A stretch of 64,000 bases of DNA from Planctomycetota bacterium (GTDB taxonomy: Bacteria; Planctomycetota; UBA8108; UBA1146; JAJFFE01), in NCBI GenBank assembly GCA_021776775.1, contig JAJFFE010000303.1, positions 10,342 to 74,341 on the forward strand, given 5' to 3'. The number at the start of each line of letters is the position of its first letter. The stretch's first letter is position 1. The notes beneath the pieces are model-generated. The model ran no database searches. It saw only the letters and a list, made by a program, of their open reading frames with translations, and was not told the DNA's origin. This document shows, in pieces, positions 46,921 through 54,224 of this stretch. A program made the position numbers and the translations under genes.

Positions 46921-49527
46921 ATGAGCGGCGACACTGTCGGGAGCGGTATGGGCGGGATGGATCCGACGCAACGCGACTCGCGAGGCGGAGGCAAGGGCGC
47001 AACCGGCCCCACTGATCTGCCCGACATTCCCGAAGTTACTCTGACCGATGAGATCGGTCGTGGCGGAATGGGCGTGGTCTATCGCGGCCGCCAAGAGTAC
47101 CTCGACCGCGACGTTGCCGTGAAGTTCTTGATCGTCGACGCCAACGATAGTGACTACGCCGCGCGCTTTCAGCGCGAAGCGAAGATCCTGGCTGGCTTGG
47201 CGCATCCGAACATCGTCACGTGTTACTCGGCCGGTATCACCGCCGATAACAAGCCGTATATCGTCATGGAGTTCATCGACGGACCGAACCTCGCGCAGTG
47301 GCTCAGCAAATTGGGGCCGGTCGTCCCCCGTCTGGCGCTCGAGATCGTTCGCGACATCGCCGAGGCGCTGCGGCACGGGTATCGGTCGAACATCATCCAT
47401 CGTGACGTCAAAGCCGAGAACGTGCTGCTCTCGCGCAAGGTCGCCGCGTCGGTGGGGGCTGCGTTCCCGTACGACGTGAAGCTGGCCGATCTCGGGCTGG
47501 CACGTCCGGTGACGCGCGAAGACACCATGATGAACCTTACGTCGAACCGCGAAGTCTTGGGCACGCCTCCGATGATGGCGCCCGAGCAGTTCGAAGACAC
47601 CTTCTCTATCGACCACCGCGCCGACATCTACGGACTAGCGTGCGTGCTCTTTCAGATGCTGACCGGTCAGTCCGCGTTCACCGGTCGATCGTACGCGGCG
47701 ATCATCGCCAAGAAGCAGTCTCCCCGCGGTCCCGATCCGCGATCGCTCAAGCCAGACGTCCCCGAGGCGGTTGCCGATCTCGTGACCGAGATGCTCGCCC
47801 GTGATCCGGACGATCGTCCACAGACGTACGAAGTGCTGATCCGTCGAATCGACGGCATGATCACCGCGCTCGATAGCGGTCTCGCCCTGCCGTCGTCGGT
47901 CGACGTGTTCCACGACGGCAAAACGCAGGTCATCGAGCGTCCCCCGACCACCGTCCTGGTGGAGCGCAAGCCTATCCCCAAGCCGTTGATCGCGGTTGCG
48001 GGTGTCGTGTTGCTTGCCATCTTGATCGCTGTCCTTTGGCCGCGCGGTGCGACGTTCACGGCGGTCGGACCGCAGAGTGTCGGCGAGGGCGATCCGATAT
48101 GGCTGCAGATCGAAGGGGATGACGTCGCCGCGGCCGAGGTTCGTTGGAGTCTTACGCGGTCGGGGAGCGAGCCGACCATCGAACTGCCGGCGGCGGGAGA
48201 TCGCTTGAACATCGTCGCGCCGAACTGGCACCAGGACTACGACCTCGAGTTCGTGTGGGTCGTGAAGCCGGCGGACGGTGGCGATCATCAGACCGGGTCG
48301 ATCGTAGTCAACGTCGCCGCGAAGAACGACCCGCCGACGGTGACCGTTCAGCAGAGTTACGCGGCTCGAGCCGGGACGACGCTCACTGTTCAGGCCACCG
48401 GCGACGACCCCGAGGGCGGGACTGTTCGCTTCGATTGGCAAGCCGTCGACGGCAAAACCGTGAACTGGGAAAAGCGTGAAGCGGGCGCGTCTCTCTCGCT
48501 CTCGCTTCCCGATAGCGAGACCGACTACACCGTGACACTCTCGGTCACGCCGGTCGATTCCGAGGGCGCCGCGGGCGGCGCGAAGACCGTTCGGATCGAC
48601 GTGGGCAAGGCGCTCGTTGCGCTCGAAGTTGCGATCGTTGATCTCGATCCGGTCGCGGAGGGGGAGCCGGTTCGGCTCGAGGCGTCGGTGACGGGCGGGA
48701 ATCCCGCCGGTCGTACCTTCCGCTGGCGACAGACTTCCGGCCCGGAGGTCCGTCTGCAAGGTCAGACCAAACCGCTTGCGACGTTCACCGCTTGTTCGCG
48801 GCTCACGGCGGCCGCGGACCTCGTGTTCCAACTCGAAGTGAGCGATTCCGATCCGTCCGCGTCGAGGAGCGACACGGTGACCGTGAAGGTGCGACCGGAC
48901 GATCGCTTCTTCCCCATGACCGCGGCCGGAAAGTCTCTGTTCGCGGGCAAGATGAACAAGATCTTGGAGATTTGGACCCAACGTGGTCAGCCGTTCGACA
49001 AGTCGGACCTCGTCGGGGACGGCGTTTGGGGGTCGGGCACGGCCGACTCCGAGTCTGTCTTGACGTATGACGGCATGCCTCGTGGTGACTGGAGGCTGAC
49101 CGGATTTCTAGACGACGTCACCGTTCCGCAGCCGGCGACGTCGCACGGGATCCGTTTGGAGTTGGTCGAGAGCCGGCACTTCATTCGTTTCGGGATTGAA
49201 CGCGCCGACGCCGAGAGTCCGCGCCACCTCCACATCTACGAAGAGGTGCGCAGCGGCGGCGATAAGCTAACGCGCGTTTCTCACCAGTCCGTGACCTTGT
49301 CTGCCAATGGCTATCTTCACTTTCGCCTGACGTACCGAGACGGCAACTTGCTCTTTCAGTATCACGACGCGCCGTCGCAGGTGTACAAGGGCAATGCCTG
49401 GGAAGACAACGAAGAGAGTCTCGATCGCAAGTCGCTGCCGGGACGGATGCGTCCTCGACTTTCCGTCTACGTCGGTGGGGCCGGCATCGCAAAGTTCCAC
49501 GAGTTCAGCTTGAGCGGCGTGAAGTAG
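46921..49527 (+). CDS. Transmembrane Ser/Thr protein kinase with extracytoplasmic Ig-like repeats and a concanavalin/LamG-like C-terminal domain
   Basis: Kinase motifs (GRGGMGVVYRG, VAVKF, HRDVKAENVLL, DLGLA, GTPPMMAPE), one TM helix (LIAVAGVVLLAILIAVLW), and then repeated ~95-aa Ig-like units. Confidence 0.85.
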   Translation: MSGDTVGSGMGGMDPTQRDSRGGGKGATGPTDLPDIPEVTLTDEIGRGGMGVVYRGRQEYLDRDVAVKFLIVDANDSDYAARFQREAKILAGLAHPNIVTCYSAGITADNKPYIVMEFIDGPNLAQWLSKLGPVVPRLALEIVRDIAEALRHGYRSNIIHRDVKAENVLLSRKVAASVGAAFPYDVKLADLGLARPVTREDTMMNLTSNREVLGTPPMMAPEQFEDTFSIDHRADIYGLACVLFQMLTGQSAFTGRSYAAIIAKKQSPRGPDPRSLKPDVPEAVADLVTEMLARDPDDRPQTYEVLIRRIDGMITALDSGLALPSSVDVFHDGKTQVIERPPTTVLVERKPIPKPLIAVAGVVLLAILIAVLWPRGATFTAVGPQSVGEGDPIWLQIEGDDVAAAEVRWSLTRSGSEPTIELPAAGDRLNIVAPNWHQDYDLEFVWVVKPADGGDHQTGSIVVNVAAKNDPPTVTVQQSYAARAGTTLTVQATGDDPEGGTVRFDWQAVDGKTVNWEKREAGASLSLSLPDSETDYTVTLSVTPVDSEGAAGGAKTVRIDVGKALVALEVAIVDLDPVAEGEPVRLEASVTGGNPAGRTFRWRQTSGPEVRLQGQTKPLATFTACSRLTAAADLVFQLEVSDSDPSASRSDTVTVKVRPDDRFFPMTAAGKSLFAGKMNKILEIWTQRGQPFDKSDLVGDGVWGSGTADSESVLTYDGMPRGDWRLTGFLDDVTVPQPATSHGIRLELVESRHFIRFGIERADAESPRHLHIYEEVRSGGDKLTRVSHQSVTLSANGYLHFRLTYRDGNLLFQYHDAPSQVYKGNAWEDNEESLDRKSLPGRMRPRLSVYVGGAGIAKFHEFSLSGVK

Positions 49528-49531
49528 TCTG

Positions 49532-50530
49532 ATGAACCGTCCGCTCTCTGTCTACTTCCCGAGCGCGACCGAAGAAATGGAACGCCTTCTCCAGTCCGAG
49601 CTGCAGTCGGGTAACGAAGAGCACCCGGTCGAGGTGATCTATGGCAAGGACGCTCCGGCTGCCCCGACGTACGAAGTATTGATCACCGGTCGGCCCAGCG
49701 AAGAGCAACTCCGCGCCTCGCCCGAGCTCCGCGTCTTGTTGATCCCGTTCGCCGGCCTGCCGAAGTCGACCGTCGAAGTCTTGGCCGACTTCCCGGATCT
49801 CGCCGTTCACAACCTTCACCACAACGCGGCCCCCACGTCAGAGATGGCGATGGCGCTCTTGCTCTCGGCTGCCAAGGAAGTCATCCCGCTCGACCGCAGC
49901 CTTCGCGCGGGTGACTGGAGCGCGCGTTACGATTCGAAGGCTGGGGTGCTGCTGGAAGGCAAGACGGCGTTGATCATCGGCTACGGCGCGATCGGTCGCC
50001 GGGTCGCGACCGTGTGTGCCGCGTTTGGTATGACTGTAGTTGCGGCGAGCCGTACCGGGGCGACCGCGTGCGACCCGAGCCCGGTAGAGTTGATCTCCAT
50101 CGCAGACGTCGCGCCGCGTTGGCCCCAGGCGGACTTCGTTATGGTTTGCGCGCCGATGACCCCGGCCACCGAAGGGCTCATCGGTGAAGAGCAATTGGCC
50201 GCGCTGCCCGATGACGCGGTTATCGTTAACATCGGCCGCGGCCCCATTATCGACGAGCGAGCGCTCTACGAATCTCTGCGTGATGGGACGATCGGGGCAG
50301 CGGGTCTCGACGTTTGGTATCAGTACCCCGAGGACAAAGAGTCGCGCACTAGTACGCAGCCGTCTGAGTATCCGTTTCACGAGTTGGACAACGTCGTGAT
50401 GAGTCCGCACCGCGGGGGGCACACTGAGGCGATGGAGCTGCTGCGTACTCGGTACCTGGCGGAGAGCCTTCGGCAGTATGCGGCGACTCGAACGATGCCG
50501 TGGCTGGTGGATGTAACGCGCGGGTATTGA
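49532..50530 (+). CDS. D-isomer-specific 2-hydroxyacid dehydrogenase family protein
   Basis: NAD-binding motif ..GKTALIIGYGAIGRRVA... The catalytic region ..VNIGRGPIIDE..AGLDVW...SPH.. is also present. Confidence 0.85.
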   Translation: MNRPLSVYFPSATEEMERLLQSELQSGNEEHPVEVIYGKDAPAAPTYEVLITGRPSEEQLRASPELRVLLIPFAGLPKSTVEVLADFPDLAVHNLHHNAAPTSEMAMALLLSAAKEVIPLDRSLRAGDWSARYDSKAGVLLEGKTALIIGYGAIGRRVATVCAAFGMTVVAASRTGATACDPSPVELISIADVAPRWPQADFVMVCAPMTPATEGLIGEEQLAALPDDAVIVNIGRGPIIDERALYESLRDGTIGAAGLDVWYQYPEDKESRTSTQPSEYPFHELDNVVMSPHRGGHTEAMELLRTRYLAESLRQYAATRTMPWLVDVTRGY

Positions 50531-50623
50531 GCCTGCGGGATAGCACTCTTGCTCGGCCGCCGGTATCCAGGTTTACGCAGGGGTGCTCTCTCGGCTGTGG
50601 GTCCAAACATGGATTTGGGGGCG

Positions 50624-50718
50624 CCTCACCCCATCCTGCCCGTCCCCGTCGCAACGATCCAAATCCGCTCCGCCAAGTGTGTGACCGACGCGACGGGGAC
50701 GGGCAGGATGGGGTGAGG
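50624..50718. terminator. Perfect 29-bp-stem hairpin (37-nt loop) between convergent 3' ends; possible bidirectional terminator or REP-like structure
   Basis: CCTCACCCCATCCTGCCCGTCCCCGTCGC (50624-50652) pairs perfectly with GCGACGGGGACGGGCAGGATGGGGTGAGG (50690-50718). Confidence 0.5.
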
Positions 50719-50821
50719 CTTCAGAGGTATGTGCACGCGTGCTGCGAGATGGGGTGGGCGCTGACTTGCGCGGTCGCATTTATCGATTGACGACGGGTTG
50801 GTCAGGTACGGGGCTGGAAGC

Positions 50822-50837
50822 GTCCACAGCTGTGGAC
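50822..50837. repeat. 16-bp palindrome GTCCACAGCTGTGGAC (copy 1)
   Basis: Perfect palindrome read directly from the sequence. Confidence 0.9.
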
Positions 50838-50947
50838 GCTGGTCGAGCGCCGAGGTGCCGACGGTGATGTTGTCCCACGTGTGTGTCGTTCATTCACGAC
50901 GACGCGGATCAACGGTTGATACCGGTGACGCGAAATCAGGCGACACT

Positions 50948-50963
50948 GTCCACAGCTGTCGAC
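50948..50963. repeat. 16-bp palindrome variant GTCCACAGCTGTCGAC (copy 2, 15/16)
   Basis: Read directly. Lies 31 bp 3' of the HNH stop. Confidence 0.85.
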
Positions 50964-50993
50964 ACGGACAACGGGTGAAGCGTCCACTTCGCG

Positions 50994-52058
50994 TTACGAG
51001 AACTCGAAGCCGGTTAGTCCGGTGCCGGTGACGACGAGGCGGTCTTGGTGGACGAGTCCGTGGCAGTACTTGCACGTCGTGACGAGGTTGTCGAGCTCGG
51101 TGCGGCCGCCGGTGCTTCGTGATTGCACGTGGTGTGCGTGAAGTTCGTGCCTACCTCGGCAGCTTTGGCACCGGTGTCCGTCTCGGGCGAGCACTCTGGC
51201 GCGCATTTCAGATGAAGTCTCGGCATCGGGTTCGGCGTCGTCGGTTAGTGGTGCGAGCGGTTGCTCTTCCTCGGGCGCGATGTGTATGACGGTCGCATTC
51301 TGGGTTGCGGCGTCCACAGCTGTGGATTCGATCTCTACCCGACCGGCCGCTGTTTCGACCGCAGACGCGCGACAGGTTGGGCACTGGTGGTAGACAACCG
51401 TCTTCGTCGGTTCCGTGCCGGGAGTCTTCTCAGTGTCCGACGCGGCGTTATCCGACGGCTCCTCGGCCAGGCTCTTGAGGTAACTGTCGATCAAGATCTC
51501 GAGGAACGGTCCGTCGTCGCCGGGTCCACCGTGCTTCAACTGCGCAATCTTGAGCTTCTCCATGATCGCTTCGTACTGATCAGCGGTCAGCGCAAACGTC
51601 AACTTCACCAGGTGGGCGGGCAACGAGTACTCGCCGTCACTAGGCGCGTCTCTTCCATCCCCCTTGGCCGCCTTGACCTCACGATCAACCGCGTCCGCCC
51701 CGTTCTTCTCCAAGCAATCGATCCAAAGTTGCTCGGTCCGACTCGACGCAACCGACGCCACTTCACGCAACGTGCTCCACGTCATCTTGGCATTCCCAAA
51801 AGCCTCCCGCAGTCGCGGCAACTCAGGCAATGCCCGCGCCACCGACTTGTGAGACCAACCGCTCGACTTCTTGAACCCAAGCTTCTTCTGCAAGTAGTGC
51901 TCAATAGAACTACAGCCCAATTCAACATACAGCCGCGATTCGTCCATCTGTCGAATGGAATCCAATAGCTCCAGACGACCGCGGTTGCAGTTCAAAACAC
52001 AAACAACAATCTGATCGTGCAGAGCATGGGCGTCGAGGGCACTCTTCGAAAGAGACAT
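50994..52058 (-). CDS. HNH endonuclease-domain protein with DUF222-like N-terminal region
   Basis: ATG 52058 with GGAG 11 nt upstream (the track start 52088 is TTG). C-terminal ..RDGHRCQSCRGRHELHAHHVQSRSTGGRTELDNLVTTCKYCHGLVH.. is an HNH motif with a Cys4 frame. The N-terminal region resembles DUF222 (..ARALPELPRLREAFGNAKMTWSTLREV..). Confidence 0.8.
   Translation of the reverse strand: MSLSKSALDAHALHDQIVVCVLNCNRGRLELLDSIRQMDESRLYVELGCSSIEHYLQKKLGFKKSSGWSHKSVARALPELPRLREAFGNAKMTWSTLREVASVASSRTEQLWIDCLEKNGADAVDREVKAAKGDGRDAPSDGEYSLPAHLVKLTFALTADQYEAIMEKLKIAQLKHGGPGDDGPFLEILIDSYLKSLAEEPSDNAASDTEKTPGTEPTKTVVYHQCPTCRASAVETAAGRVEIESTAVDAATQNATVIHIAPEEEQPLAPLTDDAEPDAETSSEMRARVLARDGHRCQSCRGRHELHAHHVQSRSTGGRTELDNLVTTCKYCHGLVHQDRLVVTGTGLTGFEFS
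51312..51327. repeat. 16-bp palindrome variant GTCCACAGCTGTGGAT (copy 3, 15/16) inside the HNH coding region
   Basis: Read directly from the sequence. Confidence 0.85.
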
Positions 52059-52226
52059 AAATCGAGCTCCAAATCGAAATGTGGGCAAGGCAATCGAAGG
52101 CTCAAAGGCAAGTGAAACAACGTCGTAGATCTACCGTTAGAGTATGACAAAACCCTAACATGCATGAAAGTCTAAAGTGCCGAATTCGTGTCTTAATTAA
52201 AGGTTTAGAGCGGTTTCGTGTGATTC

Positions 52227-52242
52227 GTCCACAGCTGTGGAC
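52227..52242. repeat. 16-bp palindrome GTCCACAGCTGTGGAC (copy 4), upstream of the HNH gene
   Basis: Perfect. Lies 169 bp upstream of ATG 52058, next to the AT-rich stretch 52089-52226. Confidence 0.9.
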
Positions 52243-52275
52243 ACTGTCAGCCATCTGCCGAACCACGGTCGCCGC

Positions 52276-52291
52276 GTCCACAGCTGTGGAC
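52276..52291. repeat. 16-bp palindrome GTCCACAGCTGTGGAC (copy 5)
   Basis: Perfect. 49 bp centre-to-centre from copy 4. Confidence 0.9.
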
Positions 52292-52396
52292 ACTTCCAGT
52301 CCCCGAACTCGACCAACCTCGTCGCCCATCGATGAATGCGCCGCTGCAAGTCAGAGCCCACCGCATCTCGCAGCACGCGTGCACATACCTCCGAAG

Positions 52397-52491
52397 CCTC
52401 GCCCCATCCTGCCCGTCCCCGTCGCGTCGGTCACACACTTGGCGAAGCGCATTTGGATCGATGCGAGGGGGACGGGCAGGATGGGGTGAGG
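52397..52491. terminator. Near-perfect 29-bp-stem hairpin downstream of the DUF1501 gene (counterpart of 50624-50718)
   Basis: CCTCGCCCCATCCTGCCCGTCCCCGTCGC (52397-52425) pairs with GCGAGGGGGACGGGCAGGATGGGGTGAGG (52463-52491) with 2 mismatches. The loop is the reverse complement of the left-arm loop. Confidence 0.45.
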
Positions 52492-52715
52492 CGCCCCCCA
52501 ATCCATGTTTGGACCCAGAGCAGAGCGAGCCCGCCGTGCAATCGCGGGAATCGTTTGCGGAGCCGCCGCTTGCGGGCAATGTCACCGGGGATCGATGCGA
52601 CGGGGACGGGCAGGATGGGTGAGGCGCCCCCAATCCATGTTTGGACCCAGAGGAGAGAGAGCACCCACTTGCGCCAATCCAGATACCTCTGCCCGAGCCA
52701 AGCAGCGCTCACCCG

Positions 52716-54224
52716 TTACGCCAACAAGTCCTCGATCACATGACCGTGCACGTCCGTCAATCGGAAGCGACGCCCCTGATACTTGTGCGTCAGCCGTTGG
52801 TGATCAACCCCGAGGATCCGCATGATCGTCGCCTGCAAGTCGTGCACGTGCACCGCGCCGGGCGTGAACGCGTGCTTGCTGGGCGATATCGGCTGCCCCG
52901 ACTCGTCGGCAATGTTGTACCCGTAGTCATCGGTGCGACCGTAACTGAAGCCGTGCTTCACTCCAGCACCGGCCATCCACAGCGTGAAACAGCGCGGGTG
53001 GTGGTCGCGTCCGTAGTTGCGGCTCGTCAGCCGACCTTGCGAGTACGCCGTGCGGCCAAACTCGCCTCCCCAGATGACCAACGTGTCGTCGAGCAAGCCG
53101 CGTCGCTCGAGGTCGAGGATGAACGCGGCGGATGGCTGGTCTGTCTCCTTGGCTTGCCCGCGGATTGCGCCCGGCAGATTGTCATGTTGATCCCACCCTT
53201 GGTGATAGAGCTGCACGAAACGCACATCGCGTTCGAGCAGTCGTCGGGCAAGCAAGCAGTTGGCGGCGTAGGTACCCGGCACCCGAGCGCTGTTGCCGTA
53301 GAGGTCGAAGGTTTCTTGCGGCTCGTCCGACAGATCCGTCACCTCGGGCACGCTGGTTTGCATGCGGTAGGCCAGCTCGTACTGCGCGACTCTCGATTCG
53401 ATCTCCGGATCGAGTTCCTGTGCGTACTGGTGCCGATTCAACTCGGCCAAGCGATCGAGCATGGCGCGCCGTCCCGACTGGCAGAGACCGTCCGGATTCG
53501 ACAGGAACAGCACCGGGTCCTTGCCGGCTCGGAAGCGCACCCCTTGGTGACGCGAATCGACAAAGCCCGAACCCCACAGCCGGCTGTAGAGCGGTTGGCC
53601 GCCCTGTCCCGCGCTGACCAAGACCACGAACGACGGCAAGTCCTCGTTCATCGAGCCCAAGCCATACGACAGCCACGCCCCGAGGGACGGGCGCCCGGCC
53701 TGTTGCGCACCGGTCTGGAAGAACGTGACGGCCGGGTCGTGGTTGATCGCTTCGGTGTACATCGATTTCACGAAGCAGAGTCGGTCTGCAATGCCGGCCG
53801 TGTGCGGCATGAGTTCGCTGATCCACGCGCCGCTCTTGCCGTGACGGGCGAACTTGAAGTGCGACCCGGCCAGCGGTATCGACGCTTGATTGGAAGACAT
53901 TCCGGTCAGCCGCTGTCCGCGACGAACGTGCGCCGGAAGTTGGCGACCGTTTTCCTCGATGAGCTTCGGCTTGTAATCGAAGAGATCGAGATGCGACGGA
54001 CCGCCCGACTGAAACAGATACACGACGCGACGCGCCTTGGGCGGGAAGTGCGGGGCGAGCGGGACCAGCCCTTGCGCCGATGGCGCACCGAACGCGTCAG
54101 CCCCGAGCAGCGAAGCGAGCGCCGCGCCGCCGAGGCCCGCCGCGCCCTTCGCGAAGAAGTGACGTCGCGTGATATTCAGCGGACCGAGACCGGGAATGGA
54201 ATGCGGGTCGTTCATCGTTTCCAC
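52716..54224 (-). CDS. DUF1501 (sulfatase-like) domain protein with Tat signal
   Basis: ..ITRRHFFAKGAAGLGGAALASL.. is twin-Arg-like. Typical DUF1501 core (..HDPAVTFFQTG.., ..WDQHDNL.., ..WGGEFGRT..GRDHHP..). Confidence 0.85.
   Translation of the reverse strand: METMNDPHSIPGLGPLNITRRHFFAKGAAGLGGAALASLLGADAFGAPSAQGLVPLAPHFPPKARRVVYLFQSGGPSHLDLFDYKPKLIEENGRQLPAHVRRGQRLTGMSSNQASIPLAGSHFKFARHGKSGAWISELMPHTAGIADRLCFVKSMYTEAINHDPAVTFFQTGAQQAGRPSLGAWLSYGLGSMNEDLPSFVVLVSAGQGGQPLYSRLWGSGFVDSRHQGVRFRAGKDPVLFLSNPDGLCQSGRRAMLDRLAELNRHQYAQELDPEIESRVAQYELAYRMQTSVPEVTDLSDEPQETFDLYGNSARVPGTYAANCLLARRLLERDVRFVQLYHQGWDQHDNLPGAIRGQAKETDQPSAAFILDLERRGLLDDTLVIWGGEFGRTAYSQGRLTSRNYGRDHHPRCFTLWMAGAGVKHGFSYGRTDDYGYNIADESGQPISPSKHAFTPGAVHVHDLQATIMRILGVDHQRLTHKYQGRRFRLTDVHGHVIEDLLA

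Larger units (their letters stand above)
50531..50838. repeat. Left inverted-repeat arm
   Basis: For example, 50578-50652 is the reverse complement of 52595-52668 with few mismatches, and 50690-50838 mirrors 52276-52425. Confidence 0.75.
50531..52715. mobile_element. Candidate HNH-gene cassette bounded by long imperfect inverted-repeat arms, filling the whole spacer between two convergent gene ends
   Basis: The left arm 50531-50838 and right arm 52227-52715 are reverse complements of one another (roughly 80-90% by eye). The right arm carries an extra ~130-bp tandem unit. The interior has lower GC and holds a single HNH gene. Confidence 0.5.
52227..52715. repeat. Right inverted-repeat arm (with internal tandem duplication of a ~130-bp unit, about 52463-52590 and 52591-52715)
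   Basis: GCGA(C/G)GGGGACGGGCAGGATGGG(G)TGAGGCGCCCCC(C)AATCCATGTTTGGACCCAGAG.. occurs twice in tandem (starting at 52463 and 52597). Confidence 0.75.

Noticed and set aside
50578-52668. Possible CRISPR array suggested by the repeated 29-mers
   Set aside because: The copies occur in both orientations and form hairpins. Their spacing is irregular (37, ~1650, 37 and 105 nt), the flanking sequence is also repeated, and there are no cas genes. This is an inverted or tandem repeat structure, not CRISPR.
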